DNA of 64,000 bases from an uncultured Chloroflexia bacterium (GTDB lineage: Bacteria > Chloroflexota > Limnocylindria > Limnocylindrales > CSP1-4): positions 1,952,001-2,016,000 of the forward strand of contig OY970218.1 in assembly GCA_963713975.1 (NCBI GenBank), read 5' to 3'. Shown here in pieces: positions 10,099 through 19,139 of this stretch. The notes under the pieces were generated by a model, which worked only from the letters and a program-made list of their open reading frames with translations, ran no database searches and was not told the DNA's origin. The translations under genes were made by a program, and so were the position numbers. Each line of letters starts with the position of its first letter. The first letter of the stretch is position 1.

Positions 10099-11658
10099 AT
10101 GACCCTCACCGCCACAGACCTCCTGCTGGAGGCGACGGGAATCACCAAGACCTACGGCGCGGTCGTCGCGCTCAAGGCCGCGTCCCTCGCCGTCCACCCG
10201 GGCGAGGTCCATGCGCTCATGGGCGCCAACGGCGCCGGCAAGAGCACGTTCGTCAAGATCCTGACCGGTGCCGTCCACCCCGATGGCGGCACGATCGCCG
10301 TGCGCGGGCGGACGCGTGTCGTCCATTCTCCGGGCGAGGCACGCCGCGGCGGCCTCGTGCCCGTCTACCAGGAGCCGGCGCTGATCCGGGACCTGGACAT
10401 CCGTGACAACCTCCGTCTCACCGAGACACCGATCGAGCCGTTCCTGCACTGGGCGCAGGAGCTCGGCCTAGGTGACCTTGACCTGTCGGTCATGGCGCGG
10501 CGTGTGCCGCTCGCATCCCTCCGGATCATCGACCTCGCGCGCGCTCTCGCCATCGAGCCCGACGTCCTGATGCTCGACGAGATGACCGCGGCGCTGCCCG
10601 CGAATCTCACCGAGCGCGTGCTCGAGGTGGTCGGTCGTCTCCGCGGCGGCGACAGGTCCGTCATCTTCATCTCCCACCGCATGATCGAGATCGCGGAGGT
10701 CTGCGACCGGGCGACCGTGCTCCGCGAGGGAGAGACGGTGGGCGTGGTGGACGTCGCCGCGGGCTCCGAGGATCAGATCGTCGAGCTCATGCTCGGCGAG
10801 AGTGCCGAGGAGCTGTCCGCGGTCGCGCACCGGACGGCTGCCAGGGTACGGGCGCCGGGGGCAGCGCCGCGCATCACCGCGCGCGACCTCACCGCCCGCA
10901 AGATCCTCCACGACGTGTCCTTCGACCTCTATCCGGGTGAGGTGCTCGGGGTGGTCGCGCTCGAGGGCCAGGGCCAGGACGAGCTGTTCGAGATCCTCTC
11001 CGGCTCGGAGCGCCCCAAGCGTGGTGAGCTGCTCGTGGACGGCGAGGCTGTCAACTTCCACCACCCGGCCGACGCGATCCGGGCCGGCCTCGTGTACGTG
11101 CCGGCTGATCGTGCCGAGGCCCTGCTGATGCAGCGGTCGGTCCGCGAGAACATCGCCCTCCCCTTCACAACCGCGATGCGCCGGTGGGGCCTGATCCGAA
11201 GCCTTGAAGAGAACCGGAAGGTCGAGGACGCCATCGAGACCCTCCAGATCGACACGCGGGCCCAGGGCGAGGTCCGGCGGCTATCTGGCGGCAACCAGCA
11301 GAAGGTCACGATCGCCCGCTGGGTCGCCGGTGGCGTGCGGACCCTGCTCTGCTTCGACCCAACGCGCGGCATCGACATCCGGACCAAGAACCAGATCTAC
11401 GGCCTGCTGCGCGACCTCGCCGAGGGAGGCGCGGCCGTGCTGTTCTACACGTCGGAGCTCAAGGAGGTCCAGCTGGTCTGCGACCGGGCGATCGTCATCT
11501 TCGGCGGCCAGCTGGTCGCGGAGATCGGGGTCGCCGACGCGGACGAGCCGGCGCTGCTCCGTGCGGCCTACAACCTGAGGGCGGACGGTGCCCCGGCCCA
11601 GCCGGCTGCCGTCGAGCCGCTCGTGCCCCCGACCAACGACGGGGTTGATGCCGAATGA
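10099..11658 (+). CDS. Sugar ABC transporter ATP-binding protein (CUT2, two ABC domains)
   Basis: Walker A GANGAGKS, LDEMT, FISHR, second-domain signature LSGGNQQKV. Confidence 0.92.
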   Translation: MTLTATDLLLEATGITKTYGAVVALKAASLAVHPGEVHALMGANGAGKSTFVKILTGAVHPDGGTIAVRGRTRVVHSPGEARRGGLVPVYQEPALIRDLDIRDNLRLTETPIEPFLHWAQELGLGDLDLSVMARRVPLASLRIIDLARALAIEPDVLMLDEMTAALPANLTERVLEVVGRLRGGDRSVIFISHRMIEIAEVCDRATVLREGETVGVVDVAAGSEDQIVELMLGESAEELSAVAHRTAARVRAPGAAPRITARDLTARKILHDVSFDLYPGEVLGVVALEGQGQDELFEILSGSERPKRGELLVDGEAVNFHHPADAIRAGLVYVPADRAEALLMQRSVRENIALPFTTAMRRWGLIRSLEENRKVEDAIETLQIDTRAQGEVRRLSGGNQQKVTIARWVAGGVRTLLCFDPTRGIDIRTKNQIYGLLRDLAEGGAAVLFYTSELKEVQLVCDRAIVIFGGQLVAEIGVADADEPALLRAAYNLRADGAPAQPAAVEPLVPPTNDGVDAE

Positions 11659-12644
11659 GCGCCGCCGCCGCTCCCGTCCAGCGTTCCGTGCCCGTCGGAT
11701 CGTTCCTGCATCGCAACGGGTGGACGCTCGGGCTGGTCGGGTTCCTCGCCCTGCTCCTCCTGTTCACCAAGTACATCCAGCCCGACTACGGCGTGGCCGG
11801 GGTCCAGGGGCTCGCCATCTCCGTGCTGCCGCTGGCCCTGGCCGCGGTCGCCCAGGCCATCGTGGTGATCTCGGGAGGGATCGATCTCTCGGTCGGGTCA
11901 ATGATGGCCCTGACCAGCGTGGTCGCGGCCTCGCAGATGAAGGGCCAGTCCGAGGAGTTCGGCGTCCTCGTGGTGATCGGCGTGCTCATGCTGGGCCTCG
12001 CTCTGGGCGCCATCAACGGCGGCGTCGTCGTCGCCACCCGGGTGCCGGACATCGTGGTCACGCTCGCCATGTCCTTCGTGTGGGCCGGCTTCGCGCTGCT
12101 GGTGCTCAAGACCCCCGGCGGCGGTTCGGTCGCCTGGCTGAAGGACCTCGTCCTGGGCTCCCTCGGCAACGAGTGGATCCCGAAGGCCGCCGTCGTCCTT
12201 ATCTTCATCGTGGCCATCATCTGGATCCCGTTCCGCCGATCGAGGCTCGGCCTCTCGATCTACGCGATCGGCAGCAATCGCCTCGCCGCCTTCCGCAGCG
12301 GGGTGGAGGTCGGCCGGACCAAGATCCTGGCCTACGCCCTGACGGGCCTGTTCGCGGCGCTGGGCGGTCTGTCGCTCACCGCGAGCACCGGGATCGGGAC
12401 GCCGGTTCCCGGGCCGTACACGCTCATGAGCGTGGCCGCCGTCGTGCTTGGTGGCGTCAGCCTGGCCGGTGGCCGGGGCGGCGTGTTCGGGCCGATCGTG
12501 GCGGTCATGATCCTGCAGCTCATCCGTACCGACATCACGTTCCTCAGGATCAACCCGAACGTCGCGGTGGTCGTACAGGGGGCGATCCTCATCGGAGTGG
12601 TCATGATCGGCAGTCTCGTACAGATCCGGAGGGCGCGAGCATGA
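11655..12644 (+). CDS. Sugar ABC transporter permease
   Basis: GGIDLSVGS, YAIGSN, AAVVLGGVSLAGGRG; many hydrophobic segments. Confidence 0.92.
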   Translation: MSAAAAPVQRSVPVGSFLHRNGWTLGLVGFLALLLLFTKYIQPDYGVAGVQGLAISVLPLALAAVAQAIVVISGGIDLSVGSMMALTSVVAASQMKGQSEEFGVLVVIGVLMLGLALGAINGGVVVATRVPDIVVTLAMSFVWAGFALLVLKTPGGGSVAWLKDLVLGSLGNEWIPKAAVVLIFIVAIIWIPFRRSRLGLSIYAIGSNRLAAFRSGVEVGRTKILAYALTGLFAALGGLSLTASTGIGTPVPGPYTLMSVAAVVLGGVSLAGGRGGVFGPIVAVMILQLIRTDITFLRINPNVAVVVQGAILIGVVMIGSLVQIRRARA

Positions 12645-13639
12645 CCGGTCTCGCCGGAACGCCCAGTGCAAGCAGCCCCTGGCGCAGCGCCGCTGGCTGG
12701 CGCGCCCTGTTCCGCGACCGTCCGCTCGTCCCGCTGCTCGGCTTGCTCGCCCTGCTCGTCATCGTCCTGGGGCTGGTCAAGCCCGACATCATCAATCCCG
12801 GCTGGGTGGGCTTCACGCTGCGAGCCGCCATCCCCCTGGCGATCCTCGGCGCCTGCCAGACGCTCACGTTCCTGACCGGTGGCATCGACCTGTCGGTCGG
12901 CGCGGTCGCCTCCATGTCCGGGTTCGTCGTGGCGACGCTCGTCGGCCCCCAGGGCCTCCTGATCGCGGTCCTTGTTGCCCTGCTCATCGCGGCCTTCGTC
13001 GGCCTCATCACCGGCGTCGGTGTCGGGGTGTTCAGGGTGCACCCGCTGATCATGACGCTGGGCATGAGCCTGGTCGTCCTGGGCATGGCCAACGTCTGGC
13101 AGCTGATCATGGTCAAGACGGGCTCGGGCGTCCCCGACCTGGAGCGCTGGCTTGGGTCGGGCCTGACCTTCGAGGTGCTGCCCAACAGCCTGCTGATCTT
13201 CGTGCCCCTCGCCGCGGCGATCCTGCTCCTGCTGCGCCGCACCGGCTACGGACGGCTCCTGTACGCGATCGGCGACAACCCGGTCGCCTCGCGCCTGTCG
13301 GGCGCCCGGTCGTGGCAGGTCCTGATCGTCCTGTACATGCTCTCCGCCTGCATCGCCGCCCTCGCCGGCTTCCTCTACTCGGGTCTCAGCAACGTCGCCA
13401 GCGTGACCCTGGTCGACACCGCGGTCCTGCCGTCAGTGGCCGCCGCGGTCATCGGCGGCACGGCGATCATGGGCGGCCGCGGCGGCTACTCGGGCACCAT
13501 CGTCGGTGCGCTGATCCTGACCGTCCTGACCTCGCTGCTGACGGTCCTCGGGTTCCCGGAGGCCGTGCGCCAGATCCTGTTCGGCTCGATCATCGTGGCG
13601 GTCGCGGCGGCCTACACCCGGGTCACGGCGGAGTCCTGA
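12641..13639 (+). CDS. Sugar ABC transporter permease
   Basis: GGIDLSVG, YAIGDN, AAAVIGGT..GGRG; ATG 12641 overlaps the upstream TGA. Confidence 0.92.
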   Translation: MTGLAGTPSASSPWRSAAGWRALFRDRPLVPLLGLLALLVIVLGLVKPDIINPGWVGFTLRAAIPLAILGACQTLTFLTGGIDLSVGAVASMSGFVVATLVGPQGLLIAVLVALLIAAFVGLITGVGVGVFRVHPLIMTLGMSLVVLGMANVWQLIMVKTGSGVPDLERWLGSGLTFEVLPNSLLIFVPLAAAILLLLRRTGYGRLLYAIGDNPVASRLSGARSWQVLIVLYMLSACIAALAGFLYSGLSNVASVTLVDTAVLPSVAAAVIGGTAIMGGRGGYSGTIVGALILTVLTSLLTVLGFPEAVRQILFGSIIVAVAAAYTRVTAES

Positions 13640-13665
13640 GCGGGCTTCGACGGAGGAGATACGCG

Positions 13666-14601
13666 ATGACGGCGGGGACAGCGACGCGCCACCTGGGCCT
13701 GGATCTCGGCGCGACCAACCTCAAGTGGGCCGTCGTGGAGCATGAGGCCGGCACTTGGACCATCGTCGCGCGTGACCAGGTGCCGACGGAGGTGAGCGCC
13801 GCCCCTGCTGACGTTCCGGCCACGGTGGTCGGCCAGCTGGCGAGCATCGCCACGACGGCCATCGCTGCATGGGGACCCGTCACCACCGTCGGGATCGGGG
13901 TGCCGGGCCTTTATGACCCGGTCGCGGGCACGACCCGCTTCCTGCCCAACATCCCGGGACCGTGGGCGGGCCAGCCCGTGGGCGGGCCGGTGGCGGAGGC
14001 GACTGGGCTGCCCGCGTTCCTGATCAACGATGCGCGCGCCTTCGGCCTTGCGGAGCTGCGTCTCGGTGCCGGGCGCGGTGCCGGCGCGATGGTCGGGCTG
14101 ACGCTGGGTACCGGTGTCGGTGGGGTGTTCGCGGTCGACGGGCACGTCAACCTTGGCCATGACGGGACGGCGGGCGAGCTCGGTCACCAGACCATCGACC
14201 CGGACGGCCCGTGGTGCACCTGCGGGAACCGGGGCTGCATGGAGGCCTACGCGCGCGCCGACCAGATCGCGGCGGCCTGTGGCACCGCGACCGCGGAGGA
14301 GGCTGTCGCAAGGGCCCGTGCGGGTGACCCACGAGCCTGTGATGGGATGGCGCAGGTGGGACGGTACCTGGGGATCGGGATCAGCAACCTCGTGGTCATC
14401 ATCTCGCCTGACCGGATCGTGATCGGCGGCGGGATCGCCGCGGCCGGGGACCTCCTGTTCGAGCCGATCCGCGCCGAGCTCCAGCGCCGCGTCCACATCA
14501 CCTCCCTCGACGATGTCGTGCTGGTCCAGGCGGAGCTTGGGACGTGGGCAGGCTCGATCGGGGCGGCCGTCCACGGCGCGGAGCAGGCGGCGGCGACATG
14601 A
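13666..14601 (+). CDS. ROK family sugar kinase (glucokinase / N-acetylhexosamine kinase-like)
   Basis: [32 protein letters not shown]; no HTH; GGAGGAG RBS. Confidence 0.88.
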   Translation: MTAGTATRHLGLDLGATNLKWAVVEHEAGTWTIVARDQVPTEVSAAPADVPATVVGQLASIATTAIAAWGPVTTVGIGVPGLYDPVAGTTRFLPNIPGPWAGQPVGGPVAEATGLPAFLINDARAFGLAELRLGAGRGAGAMVGLTLGTGVGGVFAVDGHVNLGHDGTAGELGHQTIDPDGPWCTCGNRGCMEAYARADQIAAACGTATAEEAVARARAGDPRACDGMAQVGRYLGIGISNLVVIISPDRIVIGGGIAAAGDLLFEPIRAELQRRVHITSLDDVVLVQAELGTWAGSIGAAVHGAEQAAAT

Positions 14602-15341
14602 TGCCCCAGCCCGCGTGGCTTCCCCACTACCGCCAGATCGAGCTGGCGCTGCGTGACCGGCTGCCGACGCTGCGTCCGGGCGAACGACTGCCATCGGACA
14701 GCGACCTGTGCCGCGAGTTCGGGGTCAGCAGGATGACGGCGCGCAACGCGATGCAGCGCCTGGCGGACGATGGTCTCGTGCAGCGGATCCCCGGGCGCGG
14801 CACGTTCGTCATCGAGCCGCCGTCTCACCGGCACGCGGACCGCCTGATGGCGTTCTCGCACGAGATGGAGCGACGGGGGCTCACGCCAGGGTCGCGGCTG
14901 CTCGCTCGCGAGATCCGCCCCGCGACGCCCCACGACGCGCAGTCGCTCGGTGTCCACCTCGGCGACCCGGTGGTCCTCGTCCGTCGCCTGCGGATGGCCG
15001 ACGGCGTGCCGATGGCGATCGAGACGGCGGTCCTCGTCCGCCGCACCGCGGATGCGGTGATGCTCTCAGACCTTGAATCCGGGTCAATGCACGAGGCGCT
15101 CGACAGGGCAGGCCTGCAGCTCCGGCGTGGCATGGCGACGATCACGTCCGAGGCGGCCACGTCAGAGGATGCGGGTCTCCTGGCCGTGCAAATCGGCGAT
15201 CCGCTCCTCGTGGAGCGTCGCGTCATCGAGGATGCCGCCGGTCGGCGCGTGGAGGCCACCGAGTCCCGCTATCCGGGTGACCGCTACGCGCTCGATGTCC
15301 GCTTCGATGTGGACGACCGGCCCCAGGACGCAGCGTCGTGA
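14598..15341 (+). CDS. GntR family regulator (HutC/UTRA subfamily, NagR/DasR-like)
   Basis: [32 protein letters not shown]-terminal UTRA-like [10 protein letters not shown]. Confidence 0.88.
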   Translation: MMPQPAWLPHYRQIELALRDRLPTLRPGERLPSDSDLCREFGVSRMTARNAMQRLADDGLVQRIPGRGTFVIEPPSHRHADRLMAFSHEMERRGLTPGSRLLAREIRPATPHDAQSLGVHLGDPVVLVRRLRMADGVPMAIETAVLVRRTADAVMLSDLESGSMHEALDRAGLQLRRGMATITSEAATSEDAGLLAVQIGDPLLVERRVIEDAAGRRVEATESRYPGDRYALDVRFDVDDRPQDAAS

Positions 15342-16492
15342 GCGGCCCGTCCCGGGAGCGCGTTCGCATGGCGCTGAGCCACCGCGAGCCGGACCGCATT
15401 CCTTTCGACCTTGGCGGCTCGCGCATGACCGGCATCCACATCCGCGCCTACGCCCGACTCCGGACGGCCCTCGGCCTGCCCGCCATCGATGTCCGCGTGA
15501 GCGACGTGACCCAGCAGCTCGCCGACGTCGACACGGACGTCATGGACCTGCTGGGCTGTGACGTCCGCCTCGTCGGGCCCCGCTCGGCTTCCGGGTACCG
15601 CCACGAGGTGGTACAGGAGGGCGGCTACCTGTCCTTCCGCGACGAGTGGGGAGTCGGGCGCCGGATGCCGAGCGTCGACGGCCTGTACTACGACGCGTTC
15701 GACGAGCCGCTCGGAGGCGAGGTGGACGCCGCGACGATCGACGCGTTCCCGTGGCCCGACCCCACCGATCCAGGCCGCTACGCGGGCATGGTCGAGGCGG
15801 CCAGGCACATCGCCGAGGTCGAGGGGCGCGCCGTGTTCGTCGGGTCGATCTGCAGCGGTCTCTCCGAGGGCCTGTTCAAGGTACGCGGCTTCGAGGACGG
15901 CTACATGGACCTCGCGGCGGACCCCGATCGCGCCCGGCATGTCATGGAGAAGGTCCTTGAGGTCAAGCTCGCCTACTGGGACCGGGTCCTGCGTGACCTG
16001 GGCGACCTGGTCGATATCGTGGGCGAGGCCGATGACCTCGGAGGGCAGGACCGGCCCCTGTTCTCACCGTCGACCTACCGGGCCCTGGTGAAGCCCCTCC
16101 AGCGGGAGCTCTTCTCGTTCATCCGGGCCCGGACGTCCGCCCGGATCTTCCTCCACAGCTGTGGTGCCATCCGCGAGCTCATCCCGGACTTGATCGAGAT
16201 CGGCGTCGACGTTCTCAACCCGGTCCAGGTCTCGGCGACCGGCATGGACAGCGCGGAGCTCAAGCGCGAGTTCGGGCGCGACCTCGTCTTCTGGGGCGGG
16301 GGCGTCGACACCCAGCGTGTCCTGGGGGCCGGTACCCCGGAAGAGGTGTACGCCGAGGTCCGGCGGCGCGTGGACGACCTGCGGCCCGGCGGAGGCTTCG
16401 TGTTTGCCGCGGTCCACAACATCCAGCCCAATGTGCCCGCCGCGAACATCCTCGCGATGCGGGCCGCACTGCGGGAGGCAGATGATGCATGA
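15338..16492 (+). CDS. Uroporphyrinogen decarboxylase (URO-D/MtaA) superfamily protein
   Basis: [52 protein letters not shown]. Confidence 0.85.
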   Translation: MSGPSRERVRMALSHREPDRIPFDLGGSRMTGIHIRAYARLRTALGLPAIDVRVSDVTQQLADVDTDVMDLLGCDVRLVGPRSASGYRHEVVQEGGYLSFRDEWGVGRRMPSVDGLYYDAFDEPLGGEVDAATIDAFPWPDPTDPGRYAGMVEAARHIAEVEGRAVFVGSICSGLSEGLFKVRGFEDGYMDLAADPDRARHVMEKVLEVKLAYWDRVLRDLGDLVDIVGEADDLGGQDRPLFSPSTYRALVKPLQRELFSFIRARTSARIFLHSCGAIRELIPDLIEIGVDVLNPVQVSATGMDSAELKREFGRDLVFWGGGVDTQRVLGAGTPEEVYAEVRRRVDDLRPGGGFVFAAVHNIQPNVPAANILAMRAALREADDA

Positions 16493-17633
16493 GGTGATCG
16501 AGGGCCGGCTGGTCCTCGCGGATGAGGTCCTGCCCGGCCGGGTGGTCGTCGAGGACGGCTGGATCACGGACCTGGCAACGGACCCGGGGAACGAGGCGTG
16601 GGGGGCCGGGCCGCTGTTCGCGCCGGGCCTGATCGACGTCCATGTCCACGGGTGGGGCGGCCACGACGGCACCGGCGATGCTGCTGCGCTGTCGGGCATG
16701 GCCCGAGCCCTGTACCGGCGGGGGATCACCTCCTTCCTGCCGACGGCCCCCTCGCTGCCCGAGCCCGAGATCCCGCGCTTCGCGGCTCGGGTCCGCGAGT
16801 GGATGCCCGAAGCGCCGGTGGACGGGGCCGAACCGTTGGGCTTCAACCTCGAGGGTCCGTTCATCGCCCCGGCGCGCAAGGGTGCGCATGACCCCGCGCT
16901 CCTGCGGACCCCGGCGAACATCGACCCGGCCGTCATCGAGGCATCCCTGGACGGCCTGAGGATCATGACCATCGCCCCTGAGCTGCCGGGCGCCCTGGCG
17001 CTCATAAAGCGACTGGCCGGCCTTGGGATCGTGCCGTCCATCGGCCACTCCGCCGCGACCCTGGACGAGGCGCGGGCAGGCTACCGCGCCGGTGGGACGA
17101 CGGCCGCGAAGACGACTACGCACCTGTTCAACGCGATGACCGGCGTGGACCACCGTCTCCCGGGGCTGGCCGTCGCGGCCCTCACCGAGGACGACGCCTA
17201 CGTCGAGCTGGTCGCGGACGGGTTCCACGTCCACCCCGGGCTGTGGCCGATCATCCTGCGCTCGAAGCCTGCGGGCCGTCTCGTGCTCATCAGCGACGCG
17301 ATGTCCCTCGCAGGGACGGGTGATGGTCCAGGGAGCATCGGGGGGCTGGACGTGGTGGTGCGCGGAGGCCGCGTGACGCTGACGGGCACCGAGACGCTGG
17401 CCGGGTCAGTCATCGCCATCGACATGGCGGTCCGCAACATGGTCCGCGAGGGCGTCCCGATGCCGGTGGTGATCGCCGCCGCGTCGGCCAACCCGGCGGC
17501 CCTCCTGGGCGAGACGGACCGAGGACGCATCGAGGTCGGCCGACGCGCCCACCTGATCGAGCTGGACGACGACCTGTACGTGCAACGGGTCACGCGAGGT
17601 GCGGGCTGGACGATGGCGGCAGGGAGATCATGA
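16482..17633 (+). CDS. nagA: N-acetylglucosamine-6-phosphate deacetylase
   Basis: PGLIDVHVHG, LEGPFI, GAH, TIAPE, SIGHS, THLFNAM, DGFHVHP, SDAM, LAGS. Confidence 0.9.
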   Translation: MMHEVIEGRLVLADEVLPGRVVVEDGWITDLATDPGNEAWGAGPLFAPGLIDVHVHGWGGHDGTGDAAALSGMARALYRRGITSFLPTAPSLPEPEIPRFAARVREWMPEAPVDGAEPLGFNLEGPFIAPARKGAHDPALLRTPANIDPAVIEASLDGLRIMTIAPELPGALALIKRLAGLGIVPSIGHSAATLDEARAGYRAGGTTAAKTTTHLFNAMTGVDHRLPGLAVAALTEDDAYVELVADGFHVHPGLWPIILRSKPAGRLVLISDAMSLAGTGDGPGSIGGLDVVVRGGRVTLTGTETLAGSVIAIDMAVRNMVREGVPMPVVIAAASANPAALLGETDRGRIEVGRRAHLIELDDDLYVQRVTRGAGWTMAAGRS

Positions 17634-19018
17634 CCGCCGAGCCCCGGCTGGTGCCACCGCTCGACCCCCACTTCCGCCCGTTGGCCCTGGCCCAGGCCGG
17701 TCTCCGCGAGGACATCCTGGCCGCCGGCGGCGGGATCCGCGTCGCGCTGGCGATCGAGCAGCCGGCCGGTTCGGTCTGGCACCGGGAGACGCTGGTGCAC
17801 GCGCCCGGCCATCCCGACGAGACCGCCTCCCACAAGGCGGTCGAGCGGCTGTGCAAGTTCCTCCTCTGGTCCCGGGGCGGGGCGAGGCTGTACGTCGACG
17901 GACCCGGCAGCCTGGTCTCGTACCTCGAGCGGCACTACGTCGCCGACCCGGCGGGCACGTTCGACGCGGCCTTCATGGGCCCCCGGCTGTTCAACGTTCC
18001 GTTCGAGGTGATCGGCGCGCCCGAATCGGCGTTTCCTGCCGAGCGCGAGGCTGCGGCCGTACTTGGCCGCCATCTCGATGGCTGCCGGATCGGCTTCGAC
18101 CTTGGTGCGAGCGACCGCAAGGCGGCCGCCGTCATCGGCGGCGAGGTCGTGTTCAGCGAGGAGATCCTGTGGGACCCGGCGAACCAGACGGATCCCCAGT
18201 GGCACGTCGACCAGATCATGGACTCGCTACGGCGTGCGGCCGCCCACCTCCCACGCGTGGATGCCATCGGCGGCAGTTCGGCCGGCGCGTACGTGGACAA
18301 CGAGGTGCGCGCGGCGTCACTGTTCCGGTCCGTGCCGCCGGAAGCCTTTGAGGCGCGGGTTCGCGGCCTGTTCAGGGAGCTGCAGGCCGCCTGGGGCGGG
18401 ATCCCGTTCGTCGTCGTGAACGATGGCGAGGTGACAGCCCTGGCGGGTTCGATGATGACCGGATCGGGAGCCCTGCTGGGGGTCGCGATGGGCTCCAGCC
18501 AGGCCGCGGGCTATGTCGACCGCGAGGGCCGCCTGACGTCACGCATCGACGAGCTCGCGTTCGCGCCCGTCGATGCATCCCCGGACGCGGCACTCGACGA
18601 GTGGTCCGGGGATCGCGGCTGCGGTGTCCAGTACTTCTCGCAGCAAGCGACGTCGCGCCTCATGGGCCGGGCCGACATCCGTGTCGATGCCTCGGCGCCG
18701 CTGCCCGAGCGCCTGGTCCACCTGCAGGAGCTCATGGCGGCGGGCGACCCGCGCGCGGACCGCGTGTACCGGACCGTCGGCACGTACCTGGGCTACGCGC
18801 TCCTGACGTACCGCGAGCACTACGACCTGGAGCACCTCCTCCTGCTCGGCCGGGTGATGACGGGCACGGGCGGAGACGTGATCATCGAGACGGCGCGGGA
18901 TGTCCTCGCGGCCGAGGACGCGGCCGCGACGGAATCCATCACCATCCACCTGGCCGACGAGCGGCAGAAGCGCCACGGCCAGGCCGTCGCGGCGGCGAGC
19001 CTGCCCGAGATCGCCTGA
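17630..19018 (+). CDS. Atypical ROK family protein with ~150-aa N-terminal extension
   Basis: GFDLGASDRK, VNDGEVTALAG, MGSSQAAGY, GCGVQYFSQ; no HTH and no CxCGxxGC Zn motif. Confidence 0.75.
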   Translation: MTAEPRLVPPLDPHFRPLALAQAGLREDILAAGGGIRVALAIEQPAGSVWHRETLVHAPGHPDETASHKAVERLCKFLLWSRGGARLYVDGPGSLVSYLERHYVADPAGTFDAAFMGPRLFNVPFEVIGAPESAFPAEREAAAVLGRHLDGCRIGFDLGASDRKAAAVIGGEVVFSEEILWDPANQTDPQWHVDQIMDSLRRAAAHLPRVDAIGGSSAGAYVDNEVRAASLFRSVPPEAFEARVRGLFRELQAAWGGIPFVVVNDGEVTALAGSMMTGSGALLGVAMGSSQAAGYVDREGRLTSRIDELAFAPVDASPDAALDEWSGDRGCGVQYFSQQATSRLMGRADIRVDASAPLPERLVHLQELMAAGDPRADRVYRTVGTYLGYALLTYREHYDLEHLLLLGRVMTGTGGDVIIETARDVLAAEDAAATESITIHLADERQKRHGQAVAAASLPEIA

Positions 19019-19089
19019 ACGGGGACGCCGGCGGCCGATCCAGCCGGAGGGCAACCCCGCACGACCGGGCAATCCCGCAGCAGGGGATC

Positions 19090-19127
19090 GTCCGGGCGGC
19101 CGGTGGGGGGATACCGACCGCCCGGAC
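19090..19127. terminator. Putative bidirectional terminator hairpin between convergent genes
   Basis: GTCCGGGCGGCCGGT / ACCGACCGCCCGGAC stem with 1 mismatch. Confidence 0.5.
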
Positions 19128-19139
19128 CGGGAGAGTCAG

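Noticed and set aside
10900-11400. Degenerate Walker A/B in the second ABC domain as a sign of pseudogenisation
   Set aside because: CUT2 sugar ATPases normally have one degenerate site; the first Walker A and second signature are intact.
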